Shown here: positions 38,611 through 46,432 of the stretch, piece after piece | Position numbering within the stretch: position 1 is the stretch's first letter | Layout of the letters: each line of letters begins with the position of its first letter | Assembly: GCA_021823685.1 (NCBI GenBank) | Contig: JAKANL010000003.1 | Location: 18,189 to 82,188 of the forward strand | Source: a bacterium | GTDB lineage: Bacteria > Babelota > Babeliae > Babelales > UBA12409 | Length of the DNA stretch: 64,000 bases | Direction of reading: 5' to 3' | The notes under the pieces: model-generated | The model's database searches: none | The model's input: only the letters and a program-made list of their open reading frames with translations | What the model was told of the DNA's origin: nothing | Position numbers and translations under genes: made by a program

Positions 38611-41042
38611 TTTTTTACTTTCTTCAATAAATCCGGATACGCCGTAATGATATTCTTACTCTTATCGATAATAATTTTTATTGCTTTTTGTTCAGTTTCG
38701 AGCCACCCAACCAGTACCTGTCTACCCGCTTCTGCTGGATAAATTTCCTTTATATTTCCATATGCCTCAAGAACTTTCTCAAAGACTTTTTCTGGCGGCC
38801 AGTCTGCTGGGAAAAATGATTTGGGAGTCGGTTTTTGCATTCCATATTTTGCCTCTTTAACAAAATAAAAACCACCACCATAATCAAGCTTGTTAGGCAA
38901 ACTAATCACATTATTTCGCTCAAGCACACATCGGTAATCATGGTGAAATCCCATCCATTTTTCAACAAGGCCACTTTTTTGATCAATTTTTCTGACGTCA
39001 AGCGCAATCAAATGGAGCGGTTGTGTAAAACATGCACCACCAATTTCCGGAATCGGTTTGCCATATCGCGCAATAATCGCTGCACGTTGTTGCTCCGGCA
39101 GGGCAAACACTTTGAGCAATTGCTGGGTACCCGGCGCGGGTAACGGCCCGGGAAAAGCGGTGGTAACGGTTGGTTTCTCAGGTACGGCTGGTTGCAAACC
39201 GGAAGAAACTGGCTTCGTCGGCTGAGCAAGCGGATTCTGCGGCTGTGACCCTGAAGAAGCTCCTGCTGGCTGGGTGGGTATTTTTTGAGCCGCCTGTTGC
39301 TCTTGCTTGAGCAGATTGCTGGCAAGCGATTTTTTCGGCGCATGGGCAAGCTCTTCGGCAAAGCCCTCGCCGATACTGGCTTGTGCATGAGCAAGGGCGA
39401 ATTCGCGCTGTGAGCCGGCAAGCGGCAAGCGGATTTTGGTGCCCGAGGCCCTGTCCGCCATCTTGTCCGCCATAGTCTTGACGACGGCGGAAGTCTTGAC
39501 GGCGGCGGAGGCTTTTGCCAGCGCGGGAAGTTTGTTAAGTGCTTGTGCGCTTTTGTTCAGAACGTTTGCCGATAGCGTTAAACATTTGGAAGCCAATACG
39601 CCTTCGGCAACAAACTGCGTACCGCCGGATACGCAATCACTGAACGTCATGAGAGGGTGTTGGGACTTAGCTTTGGCACACAATTCGTTGGCTGCTGCCT
39701 TGAGCATGGCATAAAGTTCAGCGCGCGTTTGGGCACTGCGTTGCTCATCATCGCCGAGCAAAATATCTGCCGTATATGCCACGCGTGCAATTGTTGCACC
39801 GAGAGTTTTCAGCGAGGCGAAAAGATTTTCGGCTGTTTGAAGGGGATGAACAACCATCTGCGCTGTTGAGCAGCCGGCACAGAGAGCTCCGTCAAGCGCG
39901 CTTGTGCCCAGTATGCCCAGAACTTCGTAATCGACCTGTGCTGTCGCTTTGGCCAGCGTAAAAAATTCTTGCACACTCTGCCACGCCGCATGCATAACGT
40001 CGGCCATAGCGTAACCGCCAGCAAGATTATTGCCGCGGTTAAACGCATCGGCACATTCGGCAAATTGCAGCGCAATATGCGCAATATGTTCTTGAACGAG
40101 CGAGCGTCGGATTTCGTGACTCTTTTGCGCCCATTGTTCAAAGACGGACCTGTATTCTTCGTGCAGTTCTACCTGCGCAGCGTTACCACGCAGGGGAAGA
40201 AGTGCAGCCGCTGGCATACCAGCTTTTGTAAGCTCAGTCCGTTCCTGCGCTGAAAGTTTTATGTTGCGCTCGTGCAATTGCCCCGGGTGATCAAGGGTTG
40301 CTTTGAGCGCACGAACGCGTTTATCGATTATTTGGTAACTGGTTGGATTAAGCGAACGGTTATCGAGCTGTGAACAGTAGTTTGTGTAGAGTTGTTTGGC
40401 CTGCCCTGCGGAGCCTTGGCAAAGCGGGGTTTGAGCAATACTGCTGTTTTGTTGGAGCATGTTTTTTGCCGCGATAGTTGTCTTAAAATGATTTTGAGCC
40501 TTTGCGCTCACTGTTGTGGTCTGAGCCGAATGCTCGAACTTCTCGTTCGGGGTCGACAGGCGAGCGGCCACCTTGGGAGCGCAGGGTTTCCAAAGGGGTT
40601 TACCCCCTTTGGCGTGGGGATTGGAAAGGGCCGAACGAGGGGTCCTTTCCGGCCTCCCGCGTAGGGGCAAAACTGAATTTGATATGGTAACGTTCTGCGT
40701 AGAATGGTACTCACAATGTCTCTGCGCGTTCTCGTACTCTTGGCAAGCCTGTATCCATCGTTGTTCGCGCATCTGCTCAATAATTTCAAAGTTTTCTGGC
40801 ATACTCTGATGGTCGGTTCGATATGATACGTCTATCTGTACAGGATTGTGGTACGTTAATGCGTCACTTGATCGAGGCAAACACATTCGTATAGTAGCCG
40901 ATTCTGGCCATTGAACGTGCAAAGCTTGCTCTTTGTGTTGTCTTAACAAAGCCGTCTGGGCAGCCAGCTTAATATCACGTGCTGGCAAATTACTTTGACA
41001 AGCAATACTTGTCAGAAAAATAACTACTCTCAATCGTTTCAC
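38607..41042 (-). CDS. Sec-signal polymorphic-toxin-like protein with EndoU-like RNase C-terminal domain (copy 2)
   Basis: 811 aa. GTG start after AGGGG. Signal-like MKRLRVVIFLTSIACQS. Central region near-identical to copy 1. C-terminus ...HLIALDVRKIDQKSGLVEKWMGFHHDY...KSFFPADWPPEKVFEKVLEAY...IKIIIDKSKNIITAYP. Confidence 0.75.
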   Translation of the reverse strand: MKRLRVVIFLTSIACQSNLPARDIKLAAQTALLRQHKEQALHVQWPESATIRMCLPRSSDALTYHNPVQIDVSYRTDHQSMPENFEIIEQMREQRWIQACQEYENAQRHCEYHSTQNVTISNSVLPLRGRPERTPRSALSNPHAKGGKPLWKPCAPKVAARLSTPNEKFEHSAQTTTVSAKAQNHFKTTIAAKNMLQQNSSIAQTPLCQGSAGQAKQLYTNYCSQLDNRSLNPTSYQIIDKRVRALKATLDHPGQLHERNIKLSAQERTELTKAGMPAAALLPLRGNAAQVELHEEYRSVFEQWAQKSHEIRRSLVQEHIAHIALQFAECADAFNRGNNLAGGYAMADVMHAAWQSVQEFFTLAKATAQVDYEVLGILGTSALDGALCAGCSTAQMVVHPLQTAENLFASLKTLGATIARVAYTADILLGDDEQRSAQTRAELYAMLKAAANELCAKAKSQHPLMTFSDCVSGGTQFVAEGVLASKCLTLSANVLNKSAQALNKLPALAKASAAVKTSAVVKTMADKMADRASGTKIRLPLAGSQREFALAHAQASIGEGFAEELAHAPKKSLASNLLKQEQQAAQKIPTQPAGASSGSQPQNPLAQPTKPVSSGLQPAVPEKPTVTTAFPGPLPAPGTQQLLKVFALPEQQRAAIIARYGKPIPEIGGACFTQPLHLIALDVRKIDQKSGLVEKWMGFHHDYRCVLERNNVISLPNKLDYGGGFYFVKEAKYGMQKPTPKSFFPADWPPEKVFEKVLEAYGNIKEIYPAEAGRQVLVGWLETEQKAIKIIIDKSKNIITAYPDLLKKVKK

Positions 41043-41132
41043 TACAACCCCTTTTTCTTTCGAGAATCATGCAACGCAGAATGCAGAGTCAACAAAAACG
41101 ATTGGGAAACGGCCCAAAAAAATTTGAAAAAA

Positions 41133-41420
41133 CTAACGCGCTTCAGGTACCAGTTTTTGAAATTGCTGCGCAAGGCGATAAGAACGCGCTTTATTTGATG
41201 GATTTGCAATAATCAAAAAACCGTCAGTTACCCACTGGCTACAAAGATGCGCACTCGTGCGTGGCTTGAAACCAAAAAGCTCACCAACTTGGCGCGCCGT
41301 AACCGTTTCGGCATGCTCAAAGAGTTCCAACGCACGCTGCTGTTTATGATCGAGGTGGCGTATCAAAAAGGAATATGCGTAAAATGCATACTTCTTCTTG
41401 CTTATGTACACTTTGCCCAC
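41133..41420 (-). CDS. small winged-helix (wHTH) DNA-binding-like protein
   Basis: 95 aa. ...QQRALELFEHAETVTARQVGELFGFKPRTSAHLCSQWVTDGFLIIANPSNKARSYRL resembles the wHTH tail found at the C-terminus of Fic-family proteins. Lies 91 nt upstream of toxin copy 2 on the same strand. Confidence 0.5.
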   Translation of the reverse strand: MGKVYISKKKYAFYAYSFLIRHLDHKQQRALELFEHAETVTARQVGELFGFKPRTSAHLCSQWVTDGFLIIANPSNKARSYRLAQQFQKLVPEAR

Positions 41421-41461
41421 GTTTGGTATCCTTTGTGTAGTACAAAACTTGGGGAATTTTT

Positions 41462-41737
41462 ATGAGACATATTGTTTTATTAATACTGAGCGCATCGGCA
41501 TTATCAAACACCTTTTCTGCACCGGTAATACCCATCTCACCAAAATCACCAACGTCAGCAACTGGATTTATCCTGCCTGTCAGAAACTATTCAACATCAG
41601 TGTTAAACCGCGAAAGCGCCAAAGGCAATATGCCAACGGTAAGGTCGGCGGCAGCAATACGCGTAGATCGCCAAAACAGCGCACGCGACCTCTTCCCCCA
41701 TGGCGAATTTCCGTTGCGCAATCAAACACCTCATTAA
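41462..41737 (+). CDS. hypothetical small secreted protein
   Basis: 91-aa ORF with signal-like MRHIVLLILSASALSNTFSAP. Overlaps an alternative-frame ORF (41398-41781). Weak call. Confidence 0.35.
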   Translation: MRHIVLLILSASALSNTFSAPVIPISPKSPTSATGFILPVRNYSTSVLNRESAKGNMPTVRSAAAIRVDRQNSARDLFPHGEFPLRNQTPH

Positions 41738-41786
41738 ATCGATATATTGAAGGCCGTATCGCTAAGCAAATGAGGCAATAATCTCT

Positions 41787-43154
41787 ATGGAAAAAGGAAC
41801 ATTTGTGGCATTGAAAGCATTCTTAAAAATAACACTTATCACAGGCGTGTTTTGTTGTTTTTTTTCAAAACACATACACGCCCGAGCAAAAGCGTATTTA
41901 CACTCGTCAAAGAGGCCCTATCTTAAACCAACCACTCCTGACCCAAAACTCAAAGTTGGCGGCTATTTACGGCTTGATACCTTCTTTGATACGCGACAAA
42001 CAGGAGGTTCGCACGATGGATCGGGTGTTTTTTTACCCCTACCACCGCGGTACGATTCCAACCACTGCGATATCTACACCCGCGGCCGCTTTGGCATGAC
42101 GCCATCGGTTTCTAGTCTTAATCTCACCCTGCTCCCCATGGATGCCGGTAACGCCAAAATTGATGGTTATGGTGAAATCGATTTTGTGGGCAATTACGAT
42201 TTAACCATCGGCATGCCCAAACTTCGCTTGGCTATGATCCAGGCGCAATGGCCGAAGGTAAGCGTTTTGGCCGGATTATATTATCATCCATTAACCCCTG
42301 AAGGCTGCCAGCCAAGCACGGTTGGTTATCATGGTGGCGTTCCGCCAGCGTCCTACGGCCGCGTCCCACAAATTACTACAACATGGCTCAGTGACCATAT
42401 CAGCATCGCCGGAACCATACACTCACAATATTTGCCCTTAACCAGCGATGGCCCACTCGGCCCCGACGAATCATATACGCACAACAGCATGACGCCAGCA
42501 GTAAGCGTAAGTCTTGAATGGCGAAACAAGCAGTCCATGTCATGTAATGTTTTGTTCGGCATGGGCGTTGATATGACACGATTGCTCCCCGCCCTTGCCG
42601 TCACCACCACGGCAACTGTTTCACCAAAAATGTCTGCAACCAATGCGGAAATTATGAGTTTTATCGGCACGCTCTATTCAACGCTTAATATAGGCGATTA
42701 CACCATCATGAGTCAGGTAATGTTTGGGCAAAACGGCAACTACCCACTCTTAAACCTGGGTGGATATGCGGTGCGCTGCCTTAATCCAGAAACGGGACTC
42801 CGAACATACACCAATACCAACTGCCTTTCAGCGTGGGTTGATTTTGAGTGGCACAAAGATAAAAAGATGATGCCCGGATTTTACATGGGCATTGGTAAAA
42901 CAACCGGCTCGCAACACCCTCTCTACCTTAATCCTACAACTGGCAACCCTATCTTTTATGGGGTCAGCCGCGAAGCAGATAAAGCATTTCGATTGTGCCC
43001 ACGCATCATCAGCGTGTTTGGACATATGGCCCTTGGCTTTGAAATGGACTATCTCAAAGTGTGGTACGGCACCATGGACCGCTGCGGCAGACATCCCGGC
43101 GCGTGCCCGGTAAGCAATCTGCGATTTCTGGTCGTTACGCAATATAATTTCTAG
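41787..43154 (+). CDS. putative outer-membrane beta-barrel (porin-like) protein
   Basis: 455 aa. Signal/TM-like N-terminus, alternating-hydrophobicity Gly/Tyr-rich sequence, and a C-terminal ...VVTQYNF ending in Phe as in OMP barrel signals. Confidence 0.6.
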   Translation: MEKGTFVALKAFLKITLITGVFCCFFSKHIHARAKAYLHSSKRPYLKPTTPDPKLKVGGYLRLDTFFDTRQTGGSHDGSGVFLPLPPRYDSNHCDIYTRGRFGMTPSVSSLNLTLLPMDAGNAKIDGYGEIDFVGNYDLTIGMPKLRLAMIQAQWPKVSVLAGLYYHPLTPEGCQPSTVGYHGGVPPASYGRVPQITTTWLSDHISIAGTIHSQYLPLTSDGPLGPDESYTHNSMTPAVSVSLEWRNKQSMSCNVLFGMGVDMTRLLPALAVTTTATVSPKMSATNAEIMSFIGTLYSTLNIGDYTIMSQVMFGQNGNYPLLNLGGYAVRCLNPETGLRTYTNTNCLSAWVDFEWHKDKKMMPGFYMGIGKTTGSQHPLYLNPTTGNPIFYGVSREADKAFRLCPRIISVFGHMALGFEMDYLKVWYGTMDRCGRHPGACPVSNLRFLVVTQYNF

Positions 43155-43253
43155 CGGTATTACAAACTTTGCATCAACGGCAGACCCTGTTGCGCTTGTG
43201 TAAAGATCGGGTACACTTGCGTGGGGATTATAATTGCATAAGCAAAGGAATGT

Positions 43254-43883
43254 ATGTTTGCCGATCGCGCAGATGCCGCTGGCCAATTGACAGCGCTTAT
43301 AATCGAACAGGTCAAAACTAAAAATGCCGTTGTGCTCGCCGTCCCCCGAGGCGGATTGCCCATCGGTGCTGCAGTAGCAACCGCTCTCAAAGCTCCCCTT
43401 GACGTCATACTCACTAAAAAAATTGGTGCACCAGGCAACCCCGAGTTTGCCATCGGCGCCGTAACTGAGCACGGATATTTTGTTGATCCGGCATACGATA
43501 CGCAGGAACTCGGCAGCTATTTACGCACCGAAATTGAACGTATCCAAAAACTGCTGGCAAAACGCGCACACCTCTATCGTCAGGACCGCCAGACTCCAAC
43601 TTTACGCGATAAAGTGGTCATTATCGTTGATGATGGCGTCGCAACCGGACGTACACTCATCGCAGCCCTTAATGATATTGCGCAGCAGCAGCCGGATCAT
43701 GTTATTATCGCAACACCAGTTATTACTCCCGATGCCCGCGAATTATTACACGATCATGGTGCGCGCGTTATCAGTGTCCTAACACCAGAACACTTACAAG
43801 CTATCGGACAATTTTACTACGATTTCTCCCAGGTAAGCGACGAAGAAGCCATGCGTATTCTTCACGCATACCAACAAAGGTAA
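43254..43883 (+). CDS. type I phosphoribosyltransferase-domain protein
   Basis: 209 aa. ...VLAVPRGGLPIGAAVA... and the PRPP-binding loop VVIIVDDGVATGRT. Confidence 0.8.
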   Translation: MFADRADAAGQLTALIIEQVKTKNAVVLAVPRGGLPIGAAVATALKAPLDVILTKKIGAPGNPEFAIGAVTEHGYFVDPAYDTQELGSYLRTEIERIQKLLAKRAHLYRQDRQTPTLRDKVVIIVDDGVATGRTLIAALNDIAQQQPDHVIIATPVITPDARELLHDHGARVISVLTPEHLQAIGQFYYDFSQVSDEEAMRILHAYQQR

Positions 43884-43893
43884 GGAGCAATCG

Positions 43894-44742
43894 ATGAACA
43901 TCACTTTTTGTACATGCGCAACGCAACACTTGTTGCCTTTTATTAAAACGCCGCAGGGCGCCTATCGCCTGGTTACGTTTAATGACGGCGAATTGTATCT
44001 CAGACTTGATTCTGACGTAAACCAACAGCCGGTTACCGTTGTGGCTGCAACGCCAGCGCCAGCAACACATCTGCTCGAACTCTGGTTTTTGCTTGATACC
44101 CTTAACCAATCGAACGCACGCATTCACCTATTCTTTACTTACTTTGGATATGCACGCCAAGATCACCCCAAACCACTCGTTGCACGTTCAGCGCGCATTA
44201 TAAGCACCATATTGAAACAGTTCGCCATCGAACGCATGACGATCCTGCATCCGCACAACGAACACCTGCATGAACACCTTACATTCACCCCGTTTATCCC
44301 CTATGAACTCTACACCCCAATCGCTCAAGAGCTGGGTATAGAGGTCGTGCTCGCACCGGATCGCGGCGCGCTTGCTATCTGCCAAACCCTTGCCAAACGT
44401 ATCAAGTGCAACTGGGGACACGTTAATAAGGTACGCCCGACGCTCGATGCAGCCAAGGCCCTAACGTTAAAAGCAGACGTTAAACATAAAAAAGTGCTTA
44501 TTTTTGATGATATTATCAGCACGGGCAATACGATCATCCAAGCGGCCCAACTCGCCCAAGAACACGGCGCCCGAGAAATATATGCGCTCGTTACCCACAA
44601 CGTGGCAAACGAGGCAACGCTCAATCTGCTTGCGCAAAGCCCCATTAAACACCTGTGGGTAACTAATAGCCTTGCGCCGCGAGCACGTACCGATCAGATG
44701 AGCGTTATCAATATTGCACCAACACTGACCACGCCCAAATAA
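43894..44742 (+). CDS. prs: ribose-phosphate pyrophosphokinase (divergent, short)
   Basis: 282 aa. FNDGELYLRL, YFGYARQD and VLIFDDIISTGNT blocks are characteristic of PRPP synthetase. Confidence 0.78.
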   Translation: MNITFCTCATQHLLPFIKTPQGAYRLVTFNDGELYLRLDSDVNQQPVTVVAATPAPATHLLELWFLLDTLNQSNARIHLFFTYFGYARQDHPKPLVARSARIISTILKQFAIERMTILHPHNEHLHEHLTFTPFIPYELYTPIAQELGIEVVLAPDRGALAICQTLAKRIKCNWGHVNKVRPTLDAAKALTLKADVKHKKVLIFDDIISTGNTIIQAAQLAQEHGAREIYALVTHNVANEATLNLLAQSPIKHLWVTNSLAPRARTDQMSVINIAPTLTTPK

Positions 44743-44898
44743 AAAGGTTTCAAATAGAATTTGGCCAATGCCCGGCGGCTGGCTCTTTAGTGGACAAAAA
44801 TCGTGATTTTGGTATACTTTTAAGTGTCATACGATATTGAAACCGGCCTTTAACAAGACCGGATTGTACGTCAACTTATAGTGGAAATGGAGGTTTTC

Positions 44899-45387
44899 AT
44901 GAAAAAGTCACTTTATATACTTATCTTGTTATTCACTGCGACGGCAAACCAAACCGTATCAGCGTGGCCGTTTGGCAAAAGCGAGCCCATTGTGGACACG
45001 GTGGAACAGCACATAAAAGATGTCGCCATACAACACATCCCTGCCCTCAAAGGGGTTAATCTTGTTCCGGCCGCCATCGCTGTTGGCGCCCTATTCAGCT
45101 TTGCCCACGCCGGCGGCAACGATTGGCGAACATGGTCAAGAAATTGGTATAAGCTCCATACGCTTGGGCTTCTTTCCAGCGGCGCGTTTGCATGGCACAC
45201 CAAAAGCTGGCCGGTTTTACTCAGTTATCTCGCAGGTGCAGCTGCCGTAACGGTTTTTCGCCTCGGGCATGGCCTTTGCCAGCAAGCGGTTGAATACGTG
45301 CACGGTTGCTTTAGCGTCCAAGCCGCGCCAAACGCCCGTGAAGCGGCACCGCAGGCCCCTCACGTAAACGTTAACATCCAACAATAA
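44899..45387 (+). CDS. hypothetical membrane protein
   Basis: Track ORF is 44881-45387. The ATG at 44899 gives MKKSLYILILLFTATANQTVSA. Several Gly/Ala-rich hydrophobic stretches. Confidence 0.45.
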   Translation: MKKSLYILILLFTATANQTVSAWPFGKSEPIVDTVEQHIKDVAIQHIPALKGVNLVPAAIAVGALFSFAHAGGNDWRTWSRNWYKLHTLGLLSSGAFAWHTKSWPVLLSYLAGAAAVTVFRLGHGLCQQAVEYVHGCFSVQAAPNAREAAPQAPHVNVNIQQ

Positions 45388-45449
45388 ATTTGACCCCCAA
45401 CAGGGCGAATTTTATACTGGTACTCGGTTAAAAATAAACAGGATCTTTT

Positions 45450-46040
45450 ATGCGTCGGATTATCGGTTTTTTTATGCTCGCATTCTGTTGTCCGGCCAAG
45501 AGCATGGTCTGCCTTGAAAAATTTCTGCGCAACACACAGATAACCACCGAAGATGGGTATAATCCAGTCGCCATGGCCACGATAGGCACCAGTTTTCTGA
45601 CCAGCGGCATACTTAATGCAACCAGCGATGAATGGGGCATGCCAACCCTGATTGGCGGAGCCCTGGGAACAGGGACGGGCTACATCGGTGGCGCGCCCAG
45701 TGTACGTGAAGTAGCCAAACAAAAAGCAGAAACATTTGTACTTGAAACCGTTGGCACACTTTTCAATGCACAATTTACCCGCAAACTCAGTACTGAATCG
45801 CAAAAACTCGCCCCCGGATTTACGTGGTCGGCTAATATCGAACAAGCAAGTATAGGCGCCCTCGCCGGCATGGTTATTGGCAAAAGTGCCCGTTACAGCT
45901 GGAAGGGATTCGTTTTTTGCTTAAATAGGCTCATAAAATGGGCAAAAGAATCTTATACCGGAAAAATATCTCATGACCCTAAACAGCCAACAACTATTTT
46001 ACCCGGCCAAGCACTCTCCACAGCTGGCATACCGCAATGA
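45450..46040 (+). CDS. hypothetical membrane protein
   Basis: 196-aa ORF with signal-like N-terminus and Gly-rich hydrophobic segments (TLIGGALGTGTGYIGGAP). Its stop overlaps the acpS start. Confidence 0.45.
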   Translation: MRRIIGFFMLAFCCPAKSMVCLEKFLRNTQITTEDGYNPVAMATIGTSFLTSGILNATSDEWGMPTLIGGALGTGTGYIGGAPSVREVAKQKAETFVLETVGTLFNAQFTRKLSTESQKLAPGFTWSANIEQASIGALAGMVIGKSARYSWKGFVFCLNRLIKWAKESYTGKISHDPKQPTTILPGQALSTAGIPQ

Positions 46041-46396
46041 CAACGTGTATACGAGTCGGGTGCGATCTTGTCTTTCTCCCGCGCTTTGAACAAACGATAA
46101 AGAGCGGGGGCCAAGAATTACTCCAACGACTATTCACCGAACATGAACTTGCATATGCCGACCGGCTTGAACGCCTGGCCGGCATTTTTGCAATCAAAGA
46201 AAGTATGATCAAAGCACTTGGAAAAGCACCGCAAACATGGCATGACATGGAAATCTACCATGAACATGGAAAACCGTTTGTGCGATGCACCATGCAGGCC
46301 AGCATTATGCATAGCGATGTATCGGTAACCCACGACGGCGACTATGCATTTGCATGTGTAGTGCTTGTGTTACCAAAAGATAATTGCATAGAATAA
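46037..46396 (+). CDS. acpS: holo-[acyl-carrier-protein] synthase
   Basis: 119 aa. GCDLVFLPRF..., FTEHELAY, FAIKESMIKALG and HDGDYA blocks are typical of AcpS-type PPTases. Confidence 0.85.
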   Translation: MTTCIRVGCDLVFLPRFEQTIKSGGQELLQRLFTEHELAYADRLERLAGIFAIKESMIKALGKAPQTWHDMEIYHEHGKPFVRCTMQASIMHSDVSVTHDGDYAFACVVLVLPKDNCIE

Positions 46397-46432
46397 GACC
46401 GACTGTACGGCTTAACCTTTGAAAGTATCAGT

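Noticed and set aside
41398-41781. 127-aa ORF overlapping the 91-aa signal-peptide ORF upstream of the OMP-like gene
   Set aside because: It starts within the divergent wHTH gene region, has no signal or recognisable domain, and overlaps a better candidate in another frame. It is probably spurious.
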